This document shows, in pieces, positions 8,071 through 16,769 of a stretch of DNA of 64,000 nucleotides (position 1 is its first letter; every line of letters begins with the position of its first letter). This DNA comes from Deferribacterales bacterium (GTDB taxonomy: Bacteria > Chrysiogenota > Deferribacteres > Deferribacterales > Geovibrionaceae): assembly GCA_050253075.1 (NCBI GenBank), contig JBFWJS010000006.1, forward strand, positions 160,001-224,000, in the 5' to 3' direction. A program made the position numbers and the translations under genes. The notes beneath the pieces are model-generated. The model ran no database searches. It saw only the letters and a program-made list of their open reading frames with translations, and was not told where the DNA came from.

Positions 8071-9960
8071 ATGGATCATTTTATAGCCGGAAAACTACAA
8101 TCGAATTTCCATGAATTTGAAAGACATTTCATGCCGAAAGAAGATATAGAGAAAATCGCAGAATTTGGCGAAGACTACGAACAGATATATAAATATCTAG
8201 CCGAAAAATATCTTTTATGGGAAAAGCCGTTCAGCAGTGTCGTAAAAGGCGATGCAAAGAGCGGATACAGATTTTTCAGCGGCGGAGAGATATGCCCGCT
8301 GAAGAACATCCTTAGAAAGCATCTGGAAACGCCGAAAAAGAATAAGGCAGCCATCATATGGACAGGCGCAGACCGCACACAGAGAGTATTTACATACCAG
8401 TCCCTATTCTCTGACGTGATAAAGACAACATCAGCGATGAAAAAGCTCGGACTGAAACGAGGTGATAGGGTTCTCCTCCATATGCCGAACATACCCGAGC
8501 TGGTGATTTTCATGCTAGCCTGTACAAAGCTGGGCGCAGTGCACGTGCTTTACCACGCCAGCTACTCTTCCGAATCCCTAGCAGACCGTATGAACGACTG
8601 CGAACCGACCATGGTGGTGACAACGGACGAGTCCATCACAGGCGGATACACACAGATGAAGGACAAGCTGGACAACGCACTGCAAAAGGTGCATAAAGAG
8701 CCGAAATACTGCATAGTCGTCGAACGCACGAGAAAGCGTGTACACATGAAGCCTCTGAGAGACATCTGGTATCACGACCTTATCTCCGACGAAAAGCACT
8801 CCACGGCGACAACACTTCAGGACGAGCCTAACAAAGCCGAAGACACCATGTTCATGCTTTATACATCTACGAATATGAAAGAGCCTAAGGCGCTGACATA
8901 TTCCTACGGGGGATACCTCCTGTGGGCTTATGTCTCGTATCTTATGCTTTTCGATATGAAGGAGACGGACACCTTCTGGTGTACTGCAGACATATCATGG
9001 ATAACCGGTCATTCATACCTCGTATACGGTCCGCTGATGGCCGGACAGACAGTTATTTTACACGAAGATTCGATAGACACGGATAATGCTTCCAAATTCT
9101 ATGATACTTGTGATAAATTCAGCGTGAACAAATTATATACCACACCGTCCATGCTCCGCTCTCTCATGAATGCGGCGCAGAAAAAGAAGATATTCCGAGA
9201 CATCAAAACCCTCGAACTCATCGCCACAGGCGGCGAAAAGATGAAAGAGGAAGTCCTGCTGTGGGCATCGTCTAAGCTGTGTAAGAACAATGCAGCCTTC
9301 ATAGACATCTACTCACAGACAGAGGCAGGCGGTGCTATATATGCAGCCATCCCGGGATACGGCGATCTGGAGTACGGGACAGTCTCCAAAGCCATGCCCG
9401 CCGTCCCTGCGGCCCTACTGGACAAAACGCTGAAAAGCTATGTCAGTGACGCAGAGAAACAGGGTGAGATAGTTTTCAAAGCCCCCTTCCCTTCGCTCAG
9501 TACAGGGATACACAAACAGCCCGGTATGTTTGAAAAACTCTACTGGAAAGATGCCGGAGGCTCACACTACTTCAGCACCGGTGACGGCGGAAAGTATAAC
9601 GACAAGGGGCACATGGTGCTCACAGGGCGTCTCGACGACGTACTCCACATCGGAGGAAAGCGTCTTAGCCTTGTAGAGATAGAAGAAGCTATCAAAAAGT
9701 ATGAAAAAGTGAAAGAATGCGCCGTAATAAACATAAACGATGAGAAACGAGGAGAAAAGTTAATCGCGTTTTGTGTGCTTGAAAAACAGGTCGATGAGAG
9801 CTATCATGACCAAATGGTGCGTGAAATACGCGAGACTATCCTGGACGAGATCGGAGAAGTGGCACTGCCCGGGGAAATACGCTTTTCCAGAACTATACCG
9901 AAATCGCCGGATGGAGCAATACTGCGTGATCTGCTGAAAGAGATCGCAATGCAGATGTAA
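8071..9960 (+). CDS. Acetyl-CoA synthetase-like protein with degenerate catalytic motifs
   Basis: Acs features present (W.KPF, NKAAIIW, WCTADI.WITGHSY.VYGPL, TGD, GRLDD), but the P-loop reads YTSTNMKEPKA and A10 reads PKSPDGAILR. Confidence 0.88.
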   Translation: MDHFIAGKLQSNFHEFERHFMPKEDIEKIAEFGEDYEQIYKYLAEKYLLWEKPFSSVVKGDAKSGYRFFSGGEICPLKNILRKHLETPKKNKAAIIWTGADRTQRVFTYQSLFSDVIKTTSAMKKLGLKRGDRVLLHMPNIPELVIFMLACTKLGAVHVLYHASYSSESLADRMNDCEPTMVVTTDESITGGYTQMKDKLDNALQKVHKEPKYCIVVERTRKRVHMKPLRDIWYHDLISDEKHSTATTLQDEPNKAEDTMFMLYTSTNMKEPKALTYSYGGYLLWAYVSYLMLFDMKETDTFWCTADISWITGHSYLVYGPLMAGQTVILHEDSIDTDNASKFYDTCDKFSVNKLYTTPSMLRSLMNAAQKKKIFRDIKTLELIATGGEKMKEEVLLWASSKLCKNNAAFIDIYSQTEAGGAIYAAIPGYGDLEYGTVSKAMPAVPAALLDKTLKSYVSDAEKQGEIVFKAPFPSLSTGIHKQPGMFEKLYWKDAGGSHYFSTGDGGKYNDKGHMVLTGRLDDVLHIGGKRLSLVEIEEAIKKYEKVKECAVININDEKRGEKLIAFCVLEKQVDESYHDQMVREIRETILDEIGEVALPGEIRFSRTIPKSPDGAILRDLLKEIAMQM

Positions 9961-9971
9961 AAGGAGATTCA

Positions 9972-10385
9972 ATGAAAGTATCTGAGATCATGACAACGAA
10001 TTTGATTACTGCCGGACCTGATGAAACCATCAAGGACGTCATTCTTAAAATGAGACGTAAGAACGTTTCAGGACTTCCCGTTGTCGACAAAAACAACAAA
10101 GTGCTCGGCACATTCAGCGAGACTGACGTTGCCAAGGCACTCCCTGACATCCTTAACGAGGCGCAATACATACCCCTCGTGGATGTACGTGAGCTCACCA
10201 GTGAGCCTATCAAACGAGTTATGGACATCCCTGCCATCTCTATCAAAGCAGACACCGAGGTTGAAGAAGCTGCTAGGATAGTGCTCGAGCAGTACAGACA
10301 CAGACTCCCTGTGGTGGATGAGGTCGGTCACCTCATCGGTATGGTAACACTAGGAGACATCCTTAAGGCTCTTCTGGGTCAGTAA
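9972..10385 (+). CDS. CBS domain-pair protein
   Basis: MKVSEIMT..., VSGLPVVD, HRLPVVD...GMVTLGDI; SD AAGGAG. Confidence 0.9.
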   Translation: MKVSEIMTTNLITAGPDETIKDVILKMRRKNVSGLPVVDKNNKVLGTFSETDVAKALPDILNEAQYIPLVDVRELTSEPIKRVMDIPAISIKADTEVEEAARIVLEQYRHRLPVVDEVGHLIGMVTLGDILKALLGQ

Positions 10386-10421
10386 TCAGTCGAATTCAAA
10401 TCAGGTATTAGCTAAATAGAT

Positions 10422-10448
10422 AAAGGGAGCTTCGGGGCTCCCTTTTTT
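10422..10448. terminator. Bidirectional Rho-independent terminator
   Basis: AAAGGGAGC-TTCGGG-GCTCCCTTTTTT between convergent genes. Confidence 0.75.
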
Positions 10449-10449
10449 A

Positions 10450-11211
10450 TTATATAAACTCTCTGATCTCGCCCTTTTCCACTATGAACAGCCTGTCCGA
10501 CAGCCCGAATGCGGCGAATGCCTGCGTTATGTCGTCTATCCCCTGAGTAAAGTGCTCCCAGCCTTCGAAATGCACAGGCATTATCTGCGCCCCTGCGAAT
10601 GTCTGGGCAGACTCTAAGAGGTCGCTCACTGTCATGGTCAGTTCGAACGGTCCCCTTGTCCTCGCTGCACCCGCAAAGGCAAGCATGAGGTCGATTTCAA
10701 ACCTGTCCGCCACATCGGATACACCCTTATAATAAACCGTATCCCCGGTGATATAGACAGTCGGCTCGCCATCTGACTGAAGCACGAATCCTATAACATC
10801 CCCTGCGATCTTTTCTATCAGCGGAGGTCCATGCCTGCAAGGGGTCGCTGTTATCTTTATCTTCTTCCCCGTTTCAGAGATCATATCAAACGACTGCCAC
10901 GGCTCCAGCCCCTCGGCATTACCGCCCAGCCTGCCCGCACCGGAGACTGTTGTGTACACCTTAGCCGCCGACGGCAGCAATTCCCTGCCTGCGTTATCGA
11001 GGTTGTCCGAGTGCTGATCGTGACTGAGTAAGACAGCGTCTATCTGCCCTATCGCCTCGGCTTTCAGAGCGGGCGGAGTGTTCTTTGTCAGCTTTACGGA
11101 GCCGAGGTTATATTCATTCTCGGCATCGTCAAATGTCGGGTCTGTGAGAAACTTTGCTCCTGCGTATTCTATTAACGTTGTGGGGCCTCCCACCAATGTC
11201 AGTTTTGTCAT
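10450..11211 (-). CDS. MBL-fold metallo-hydrolase
   Basis: LTDPTF, LSHDQHSDNLD, ATP..HGP, YITGDT, PVHFEGW.HF. Confidence 0.88.
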   Translation of the reverse strand: MTKLTLVGGPTTLIEYAGAKFLTDPTFDDAENEYNLGSVKLTKNTPPALKAEAIGQIDAVLLSHDQHSDNLDNAGRELLPSAAKVYTTVSGAGRLGGNAEGLEPWQSFDMISETGKKIKITATPCRHGPPLIEKIAGDVIGFVLQSDGEPTVYITGDTVYYKGVSDVADRFEIDLMLAFAGAARTRGPFELTMTVSDLLESAQTFAGAQIMPVHFEGWEHFTQGIDDITQAFAAFGLSDRLFIVEKGEIREFI

Positions 11212-11287
11212 ATCTGCCTCCTGAGCTAAAGATTAGCATTGACGGCGCAAACCACAAGAGGCATATTTGACAATAAAAGAGGTGTTT

Positions 11288-12226
11288 ATGCCAATCAATA
11301 TTAATATATTCCTTCATGAGAGAGTGTCGCTGGAGCTTGCTCTTTTGTTTGACTATATATTCCGTTTTCCAGACAAATTTACTGATGAACCACTCTTTAA
11401 GCCTGTCTTTGTTCAGGCGGGTAAAGGGCGCAGGTTCGGCAAGGGTGCAGTAAGCGTTGAAACTTCGAAATTTAAGGCTGGGGGATACCTCATAATACCG
11501 CCGATGGAAGCACCAAAAGGCACATTCATAGAAAACACTGCCGAATCGGCCATGATAAAACACGCCATGGATAAAAACACAACGGTGGCGACAGCCTGTC
11601 TTGGTGCATTTCTCCCCGCTGCTGCAGGGATGCTGGACGGCTTCGAGGCGACGACCCACTGGCACTGGCTGGACTATGCAAAGGAGAATTTCCCAAATGT
11701 TAGCTGGAACACGAACTCGATGCTCTGTCACAAGGACGGGATGATAACATCAGGCGGGCTCTTGTCTCTGATAGACCTCGCCCTATACATCATCAGCCTC
11801 CACAGCTCTAAGGAGTTCACCGCCATGACGGGGCGTTTCCTCCTCGCCGATACGGTAAGGCAGAAGCAGTCCGTCTATGCACAGTCCCTCGTCGGCTCAC
11901 CTGCCGGGGACAGCCGTTTCGCATTGCTGACTGAGCAGATAAACACACATCCCGAGAAACATTTAGAAGTATCAGAGATGGCTGACATGTGCGGAATGAG
12001 CCTGCGTAATTTCCACAGGGCATTTGTGAAAAACTTTGGTACTACGCCAAATAAATACATTCAGCTGAAACGTCTGGAACGTGCAAAGGAACTGCTGGCA
12101 GAGACAGATATGAGCATAGAAGAGACAGCGGGCAGGGTCGGCTTTACCGATACGTCTTTCTTCCGCTCTGTTTTCAGCAGAGAGACAGGGATGACCCCGA
12201 CGCAGTTCCGCAAACGTATAACATAA
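11288..12226 (+). CDS. GlxA/AraC family transcriptional regulator (DJ-1/PfpI domain plus AraC HTH)
   Basis: AC.GAF..A.AG.LDG..ATTHW, ITSGG; AraC C-terminus MSLRNFHRAF...TP..Y, VGF.D.SFF..VF.RE.G.TP..FR; divergent from the MBL gene. Confidence 0.88.
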   Translation: MPININIFLHERVSLELALLFDYIFRFPDKFTDEPLFKPVFVQAGKGRRFGKGAVSVETSKFKAGGYLIIPPMEAPKGTFIENTAESAMIKHAMDKNTTVATACLGAFLPAAAGMLDGFEATTHWHWLDYAKENFPNVSWNTNSMLCHKDGMITSGGLLSLIDLALYIISLHSSKEFTAMTGRFLLADTVRQKQSVYAQSLVGSPAGDSRFALLTEQINTHPEKHLEVSEMADMCGMSLRNFHRAFVKNFGTTPNKYIQLKRLERAKELLAETDMSIEETAGRVGFTDTSFFRSVFSRETGMTPTQFRKRIT

Positions 12227-12257
12227 AAAATCCCCGACCATTTTCATGACCGGGGAT
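12225..12257 (-). terminator. Rho-independent terminator of the nifS-iscU-nfu operon
   Basis: ATCCCCG/CGGGGAT stem with an A-tract on the + strand. Confidence 0.6.
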
Positions 12258-12290
12258 CTTAATTTAAGTTAAATTCTTTTAAGTCAGTTC

Positions 12291-12518
12291 TTAGATGGAG
12301 AGAACTTCTTTAACTTCAGGAATCATATCCTTAAGTCTAGCCTCTACACCGTGCTTAAGTGTCATAGTGCTGAATGGGCAAGAACCACAAGCGCCTGTAA
12401 GCTGTACTTTAACGATGCCGTCTTCGGAAACGTCAAGAAGCTCGATATCGCCTCCGTCCGCCTGAAGTGTTGGTCTAACTTGATCAAGAACTTCTTCTAC
12501 TCTTTCTCTAAGGCTCAT
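12291..12518 (-). CDS. NifU C-terminal/Nfu-type Fe-S carrier
   Basis: [29 protein letters not shown]. Confidence 0.93.
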   Translation of the reverse strand: MSLRERVEEVLDQVRPTLQADGGDIELLDVSEDGIVKVQLTGACGSCPFSTMTLKHGVEARLKDMIPEVKEVLSI

Positions 12519-12539
12519 TGTATCCTCCGATATTTATTA

Positions 12540-12974
12540 TTAGTTTTCTCTTACTATTTTAGCTTTCATCTCTTCTACGATAGCAGGGTCTTCACCTTTG
12601 CTTTTGTAGAAGTCTTTGAGAGCTTCTTCAATGGCTTCTTCCGCCATAACGGAACAGTGTATCTTCGCAGGTGGAAGACCGCCGAGAGCCTCAACGATAG
12701 CGTTGTTTGTGAGCTGAAGGAGCTCTTCAACACTCTTGCCTATCATAAGCTCAGTAGCCATAGAGCTGGATGCGATAGCAGCGCCGCAGCCGAATGTTTT
12801 AAATTTAACATCTTCTACGATATTGTCATCGTTTATTTTCAGGAATATTTTCATAACGTCGCCGCAAGCAGGGTTTCCGACTTCGCCTACGCCGTTAGCA
12901 TCTTCAATCTCGCCCATGTTTCTAGGGTTCATGAAGTGATCCATTACTTTTTCGCTGTATGGTCCTTTAGCCAT
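12540..12974 (-). CDS. iscU: Fe-S cluster scaffold IscU/NifU N-terminal type
   Basis: YSEKVMDHF.NPRN.G, GNPACGDVM, FKTFGCG.AIASSS, LPPAKIHCSVMAE; true start ATG at 12974 with SD AGGAGG. Confidence 0.95.
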   Translation of the reverse strand: MAKGPYSEKVMDHFMNPRNMGEIEDANGVGEVGNPACGDVMKIFLKINDDNIVEDVKFKTFGCGAAIASSSMATELMIGKSVEELLQLTNNAIVEALGGLPPAKIHCSVMAEEAIEEALKDFYKSKGEDPAIVEEMKAKIVREN

Positions 12975-12993
12975 TATATCCTCCTGATATCCT

Positions 12994-14178
12994 TTATTTA
13001 TCTCTGTTATACATTGGTGACATCTCGCACAGTTTCTGTACTGTCTCTGGCATAACCTCGAGAACCTTATCGATGTCTTCCTCAGTATTGTACTTGGACA
13101 TTGACATGCCGAGTGAGCCCGCACAAATATCTGTCGGAACACCAACCGCAGTAAGTACGGATGATGCCACGAGGTCTTCCTCATCCTCTGCGAGGATGTT
13201 TGAAGAACATGCAGAACCGCTGGCACACGCAATGCCTTTCAGAGAGAGCCACATAAGGAGCGACTCACCCTCTATATATTCTATCCAGAAGCTGACATGG
13301 CCGGGTCTTCTGCGTGTCTCGTGTCCTGTGAAATGCAGGAAATCGAACTGACCGCCGAGGCCTTCCCATAATTTCTTCTGGAGCTTTTCCAGTCTAGGCA
13401 GATACTCAGGCATCTCAGCCTTTGCAATAGCGCACGCTTCGCCCATGCCCACGATGGCAGGCACGTTCTCTGTACCGCTTCTGTATCCGCGCTCCTGAAA
13501 TCCGCCGTCCATAAGACCGATGAGCTTTGTGCCCTCTTTGATGTAAAGAGCGGCCGCACCTTTCGGTCCGTAAAAGTTCTGTGATGCTATGGAGAGCATA
13601 TTACAGTTGAGCTTTTTCACGTCTATCTCGACAAATCCGGCAGCGGCTATTGCATCCACATGGAAGGCAACGCCTTTTGCCTGGCATATCTCGCCGAGTT
13701 TCTCTGTATACTGAATAGTTCCTATCTCCGGGTTTACGTACTGGATGGAGACGAGAACTGTTTCATCCTTAATAGCTTTTTCAAGGTCAGCCGGGTTTAC
13801 GAGCCCGCCGTCGTCGACCTTCAGCTTTGTCACTTCGTATCCGCGGCTTATGAGCTTTGTAACCACAGTATCAACGGAGAAATGCTCTATTTCACTGATG
13901 ATGATATGTTTACCTTTATTAGCGGTGTTTCCGAGGAAACCTTTGATGGCGAGGTTGTTCGCCTCTGTACCGCTGGCAGTGAAGACTATCTCATCAGGTG
14001 CAGCCCCGATAAAGTCAGCCACCTGTGCTCTGGCAGCTTCCATAGCCTCAAAAGCCTCACGACCGATAGGATAGAAATGTGCGCTTGGGTTCCCGTAGTG
14101 TTCTGTAAAATAAGGCATCATCTTTTCGATAACGCGCTGGTCTGGCTTTGTTCCTGCCACATTGTCAAGATAGATCAT
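12994..14178 (-). CDS. iscS: Cysteine desulfurase family protein (NifS/IscS-like) lacking the canonical PLP lysine
   Basis: YLDN, GNPS, FT.SGTEANN, GGFQE...RSGTENV, SGSACSS present; the S.HK motif reads ASQNFYGPKG. Confidence 0.9.
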   Translation of the reverse strand: MIYLDNVAGTKPDQRVIEKMMPYFTEHYGNPSAHFYPIGREAFEAMEAARAQVADFIGAAPDEIVFTASGTEANNLAIKGFLGNTANKGKHIIISEIEHFSVDTVVTKLISRGYEVTKLKVDDGGLVNPADLEKAIKDETVLVSIQYVNPEIGTIQYTEKLGEICQAKGVAFHVDAIAAAGFVEIDVKKLNCNMLSIASQNFYGPKGAAALYIKEGTKLIGLMDGGFQERGYRSGTENVPAIVGMGEACAIAKAEMPEYLPRLEKLQKKLWEGLGGQFDFLHFTGHETRRRPGHVSFWIEYIEGESLLMWLSLKGIACASGSACSSNILAEDEEDLVASSVLTAVGVPTDICAGSLGMSMSKYNTEEDIDKVLEVMPETVQKLCEMSPMYNRDK

Positions 14179-14984
14179 TAATCCTCTCCGGTTATGTCTT
14201 TTAATGCGTCGGTGATCTGCTTTACTATCGTGTGTATATAGTCACCTGCAAACCCTGCCCTGCAGCCCTGTGAAGGGAGCTGGATAATGTTCTCTGAAGA
14301 CACTGCATCTGCGAGTGTCGCCAGAGGCTTGTCCGGTGAAACAGCAAATGTAAAATTACTATTTACATCTTTTTTAAAATACACGTCAAGGACAAATCCC
14401 GTCGACACAGGAACCATGCGGATGTCAACGTCCACACCTGTGTCCTGCTTTAACTTTTGCCTATATCCTGACAAAATTCCTTGATCTATGTCAGAAAAGA
14501 ACATATTAAACGCTAATCTGTCCTCAAAAACCTTTGTCTCTGTATTTGTAAAAGCAAAAAGTTCTCTTGTCTGAGCGAGCAGATCGTCTATACCGCTTTT
14601 GCCAAAGAGCGCCGCAGGCACTGTCGCAACTGCGTTTACCACTCCGTTCAGCTTTTTCAGTATGTACGATATAGGATCTTCAACAGTGTAAACCTCGTCT
14701 AAGAGCCCTTCGAAAGAGCCTGTGAGGTCTATTATGCTTCCGTCAAACTTCTTTATATGCTCCAGATCAGACTGTGGGTCTGAGAGTACGATGAGTATCT
14801 CTTCCTCAAACTCAGCTACGGGATGCACATCATATTCATCAATGGATGTCATGATGCTTGTCCCCGCAAGAGAGCTTCCGTATAGTCTGAATCCTATAGT
14901 CGGCAGATCGTTCTCTATTCTCTCAAGTACTTCTGTCAGAAGCAGATTATCATTGGCATATATGGCCGCAGTGTATTGACGCAT
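14178..14984 (-). CDS. Asd/Usg-like protein (degenerate semialdehyde dehydrogenase fold)
   Basis: IIDLTGSF and GKSGIDDL..QTRELF......VF..RLAFN resemble Asd/Usg; no PNC catalytic motif. Confidence 0.55.
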   Translation of the reverse strand: MRQYTAAIYANDNLLLTEVLERIENDLPTIGFRLYGSSLAGTSIMTSIDEYDVHPVAEFEEEILIVLSDPQSDLEHIKKFDGSIIDLTGSFEGLLDEVYTVEDPISYILKKLNGVVNAVATVPAALFGKSGIDDLLAQTRELFAFTNTETKVFEDRLAFNMFFSDIDQGILSGYRQKLKQDTGVDVDIRMVPVSTGFVLDVYFKKDVNSNFTFAVSPDKPLATLADAVSSENIIQLPSQGCRAGFAGDYIHTIVKQITDALKDITGED

Positions 14985-15039
14985 AAAAACACCTGTTTAG
15001 TCTTATTATATTAGTGATTGAGCAGAAATTATGCAAGTC

Positions 15040-15984
15040 TTATTTTTTTGAAGTATATGTAAGCCTGTCGTTGTCGTTGACAGTGAATTTAAGTCCTTTC
15101 AGAGGCTGTTTGTAAGCGCCCAGCCCGGCTATTGTTCTGCTGTTGTAAGATATGGAGACAACTGCAGCGTTTCCTATATCCATTACGAAATTATCGTGGA
15201 AAACAACATCACGCTGATTACCTTTCTCAGCGATGAAGTCCATCTCTTCTTTATCGTCTATCTTTATGTGTACCCAGCAGACATCGGCAAAGTTCACAAT
15301 GGCTGTCTTCGCTGCTGTCATGGGCTCTTCTTTCACATCAGGGAGAAATGCGGAAAGTGCCGCAGAGTCTTCTTTCTTTACTTCCTGTTTTGCGGGCTCG
15401 GCAGGTTTCTCAGTTTTTGCTGCGGGTTTATGCTCTGCCTTTTTCTCTTCGGCGGGCTTCTCTGCCGGATGTTCAGCGTCTTTATTTATGCTTTCGATCA
15501 CCTCTTTCACCTCTTCGGTGCTTACAGGGGTGTCTACGGTGACGTCTACATCCTTCTTCACTTCTTCTTTAACTGTTTCGTTAGCTTTCAGCTCGGAGCC
15601 CTTTTCCATAGCCATGAAGACCTTGAAACCGAGGAACGCTATAACAACCACAAGCACGACAGGTATGATAAACTTTGCGCCTGAAGGTGCAGAGCCCTGC
15701 TCTTTTGTGACTGGAGCTGCCACATACTTCACCTCACGGTTGAAGTCTTCTTTAGTACATTCTTCGTCGAAGAGCTCCTGAACCTTATCCATCTCCAGTT
15801 TAAGGTATGAAGCATAGTTCTTCACAAAGTTCTTTGCGTGGTTGTACGAAGGCATGGATTTGAACTCTCCTGCCTCCAGCACGGCTATGATATCCGCACT
15901 GATCCTTGTCTCTTCGGTAGCTTTATCTATGTCAAAACCGAGGGTTTCTCTCTTATTCTTAAGTGTTGCGCCAAGTTTACTCAT
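15040..15984 (-). CDS. rodZ: RodZ-like protein (HTH, TM, linker, DUF4115)
   Basis: LG..LK..RE..., TRI....LE.G....P, FVKNYASYL; single TM; C-terminal CWV.I..D and IGNA..V. Confidence 0.8.
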   Translation of the reverse strand: MSKLGATLKNKRETLGFDIDKATEETRISADIIAVLEAGEFKSMPSYNHAKNFVKNYASYLKLEMDKVQELFDEECTKEDFNREVKYVAAPVTKEQGSAPSGAKFIIPVVLVVVIAFLGFKVFMAMEKGSELKANETVKEEVKKDVDVTVDTPVSTEEVKEVIESINKDAEHPAEKPAEEKKAEHKPAAKTEKPAEPAKQEVKKEDSAALSAFLPDVKEEPMTAAKTAIVNFADVCWVHIKIDDKEEMDFIAEKGNQRDVVFHDNFVMDIGNAAVVSISYNSRTIAGLGAYKQPLKGLKFTVNDNDRLTYTSKK

Positions 15985-15995
15985 CTCATTGTCCC

Positions 15996-16769
15996 TTATG
16001 ACTGATTTTTTTCGTATATGAGTTTAAGACCGTTCAGGGTAAGGTTTGGTTCGTATCTTTCAATATATGCGCTGTCGGGGGTGAAAATGCTCCCCAGACC
16101 GCCTGTAGATATAACGTGTACCCTCTCGTCTCCAAACTCTTCGTCTATAATACGTTTCAATATCCCGTCCAGCATGGCGAGATATCCGTAATATATGCCT
16201 GACTGTATGGAATGTATAGTGTTTTTACCTATTACACTGTCTACTTTTTCTATTTCGACCTCAGGCAGTTTCGCCGTATTGGAGTGCAGTATCTGTGACG
16301 ACAGCTTCACCCCCGGACATATAACACCGCCGATGTAGTCGCCGTTCTTATTTATAACGTCGAATGTGGTGGCAGTGCCGAAGTCCACGACTATAGCAGG
16401 AAACCCCACGCTGTCCTTTGCAGCGACAGCATTGACTATCCTGTCTGCTCCGACCTCTTTCGGGTTTTCCATCTTTATGCTGATGCCCGTCTTTATCCCC
16501 GGAGCGATAACGATAGGCTCGTGATCCAGATACTTTCTGGAGAGCTTTGTAAATGTGTATATAAGTCTGGGCACGACAGATGCAATGATAACGCCCGATA
16601 TGTCGGATATCTTTATCCCCTCGGACTCCATGAGACGCATAAGCGTCGATGCATATTCGTCTGTTGTGCGCATTGTGTTTGACTGAACTCGGAAGTTGCT
16701 TCGGATCTCTCCGTTTTCAAAGATACCTATCACAACGTTTGTATTGCCTATATCAACGGCAAAGATCAT
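15996..16769 (-). CDS. coaX: Type III pantothenate kinase
   Basis: DIGNTN, SVVP, EVGADRIVN, VVDFGTATT, TAKLP, TGG. Confidence 0.95.
   Translation of the reverse strand: MIFAVDIGNTNVVIGIFENGEIRSNFRVQSNTMRTTDEYASTLMRLMESEGIKISDISGVIIASVVPRLIYTFTKLSRKYLDHEPIVIAPGIKTGISIKMENPKEVGADRIVNAVAAKDSVGFPAIVVDFGTATTFDVINKNGDYIGGVICPGVKLSSQILHSNTAKLPEVEIEKVDSVIGKNTIHSIQSGIYYGYLAMLDGILKRIIDEEFGDERVHVISTGGLGSIFTPDSAYIERYEPNLTLNGLKLIYEKNQS

Noticed and set aside
12351..13055. 234-aa plus-strand ORF
   Set aside because: Antisense shadow of iscU/nfu with no recognisable motifs.
12975..13232. 86-aa Cys-rich N-terminal extension of IscU in the ORF track
   Set aside because: It is an alternative frame overlapping the iscS 3' end; a strong SD precedes ATG 12974.
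15330..15600. Repetitive PAE/K-rich stretch
   Set aside because: Ordinary low-complexity RodZ linker, not a DNA repeat element.
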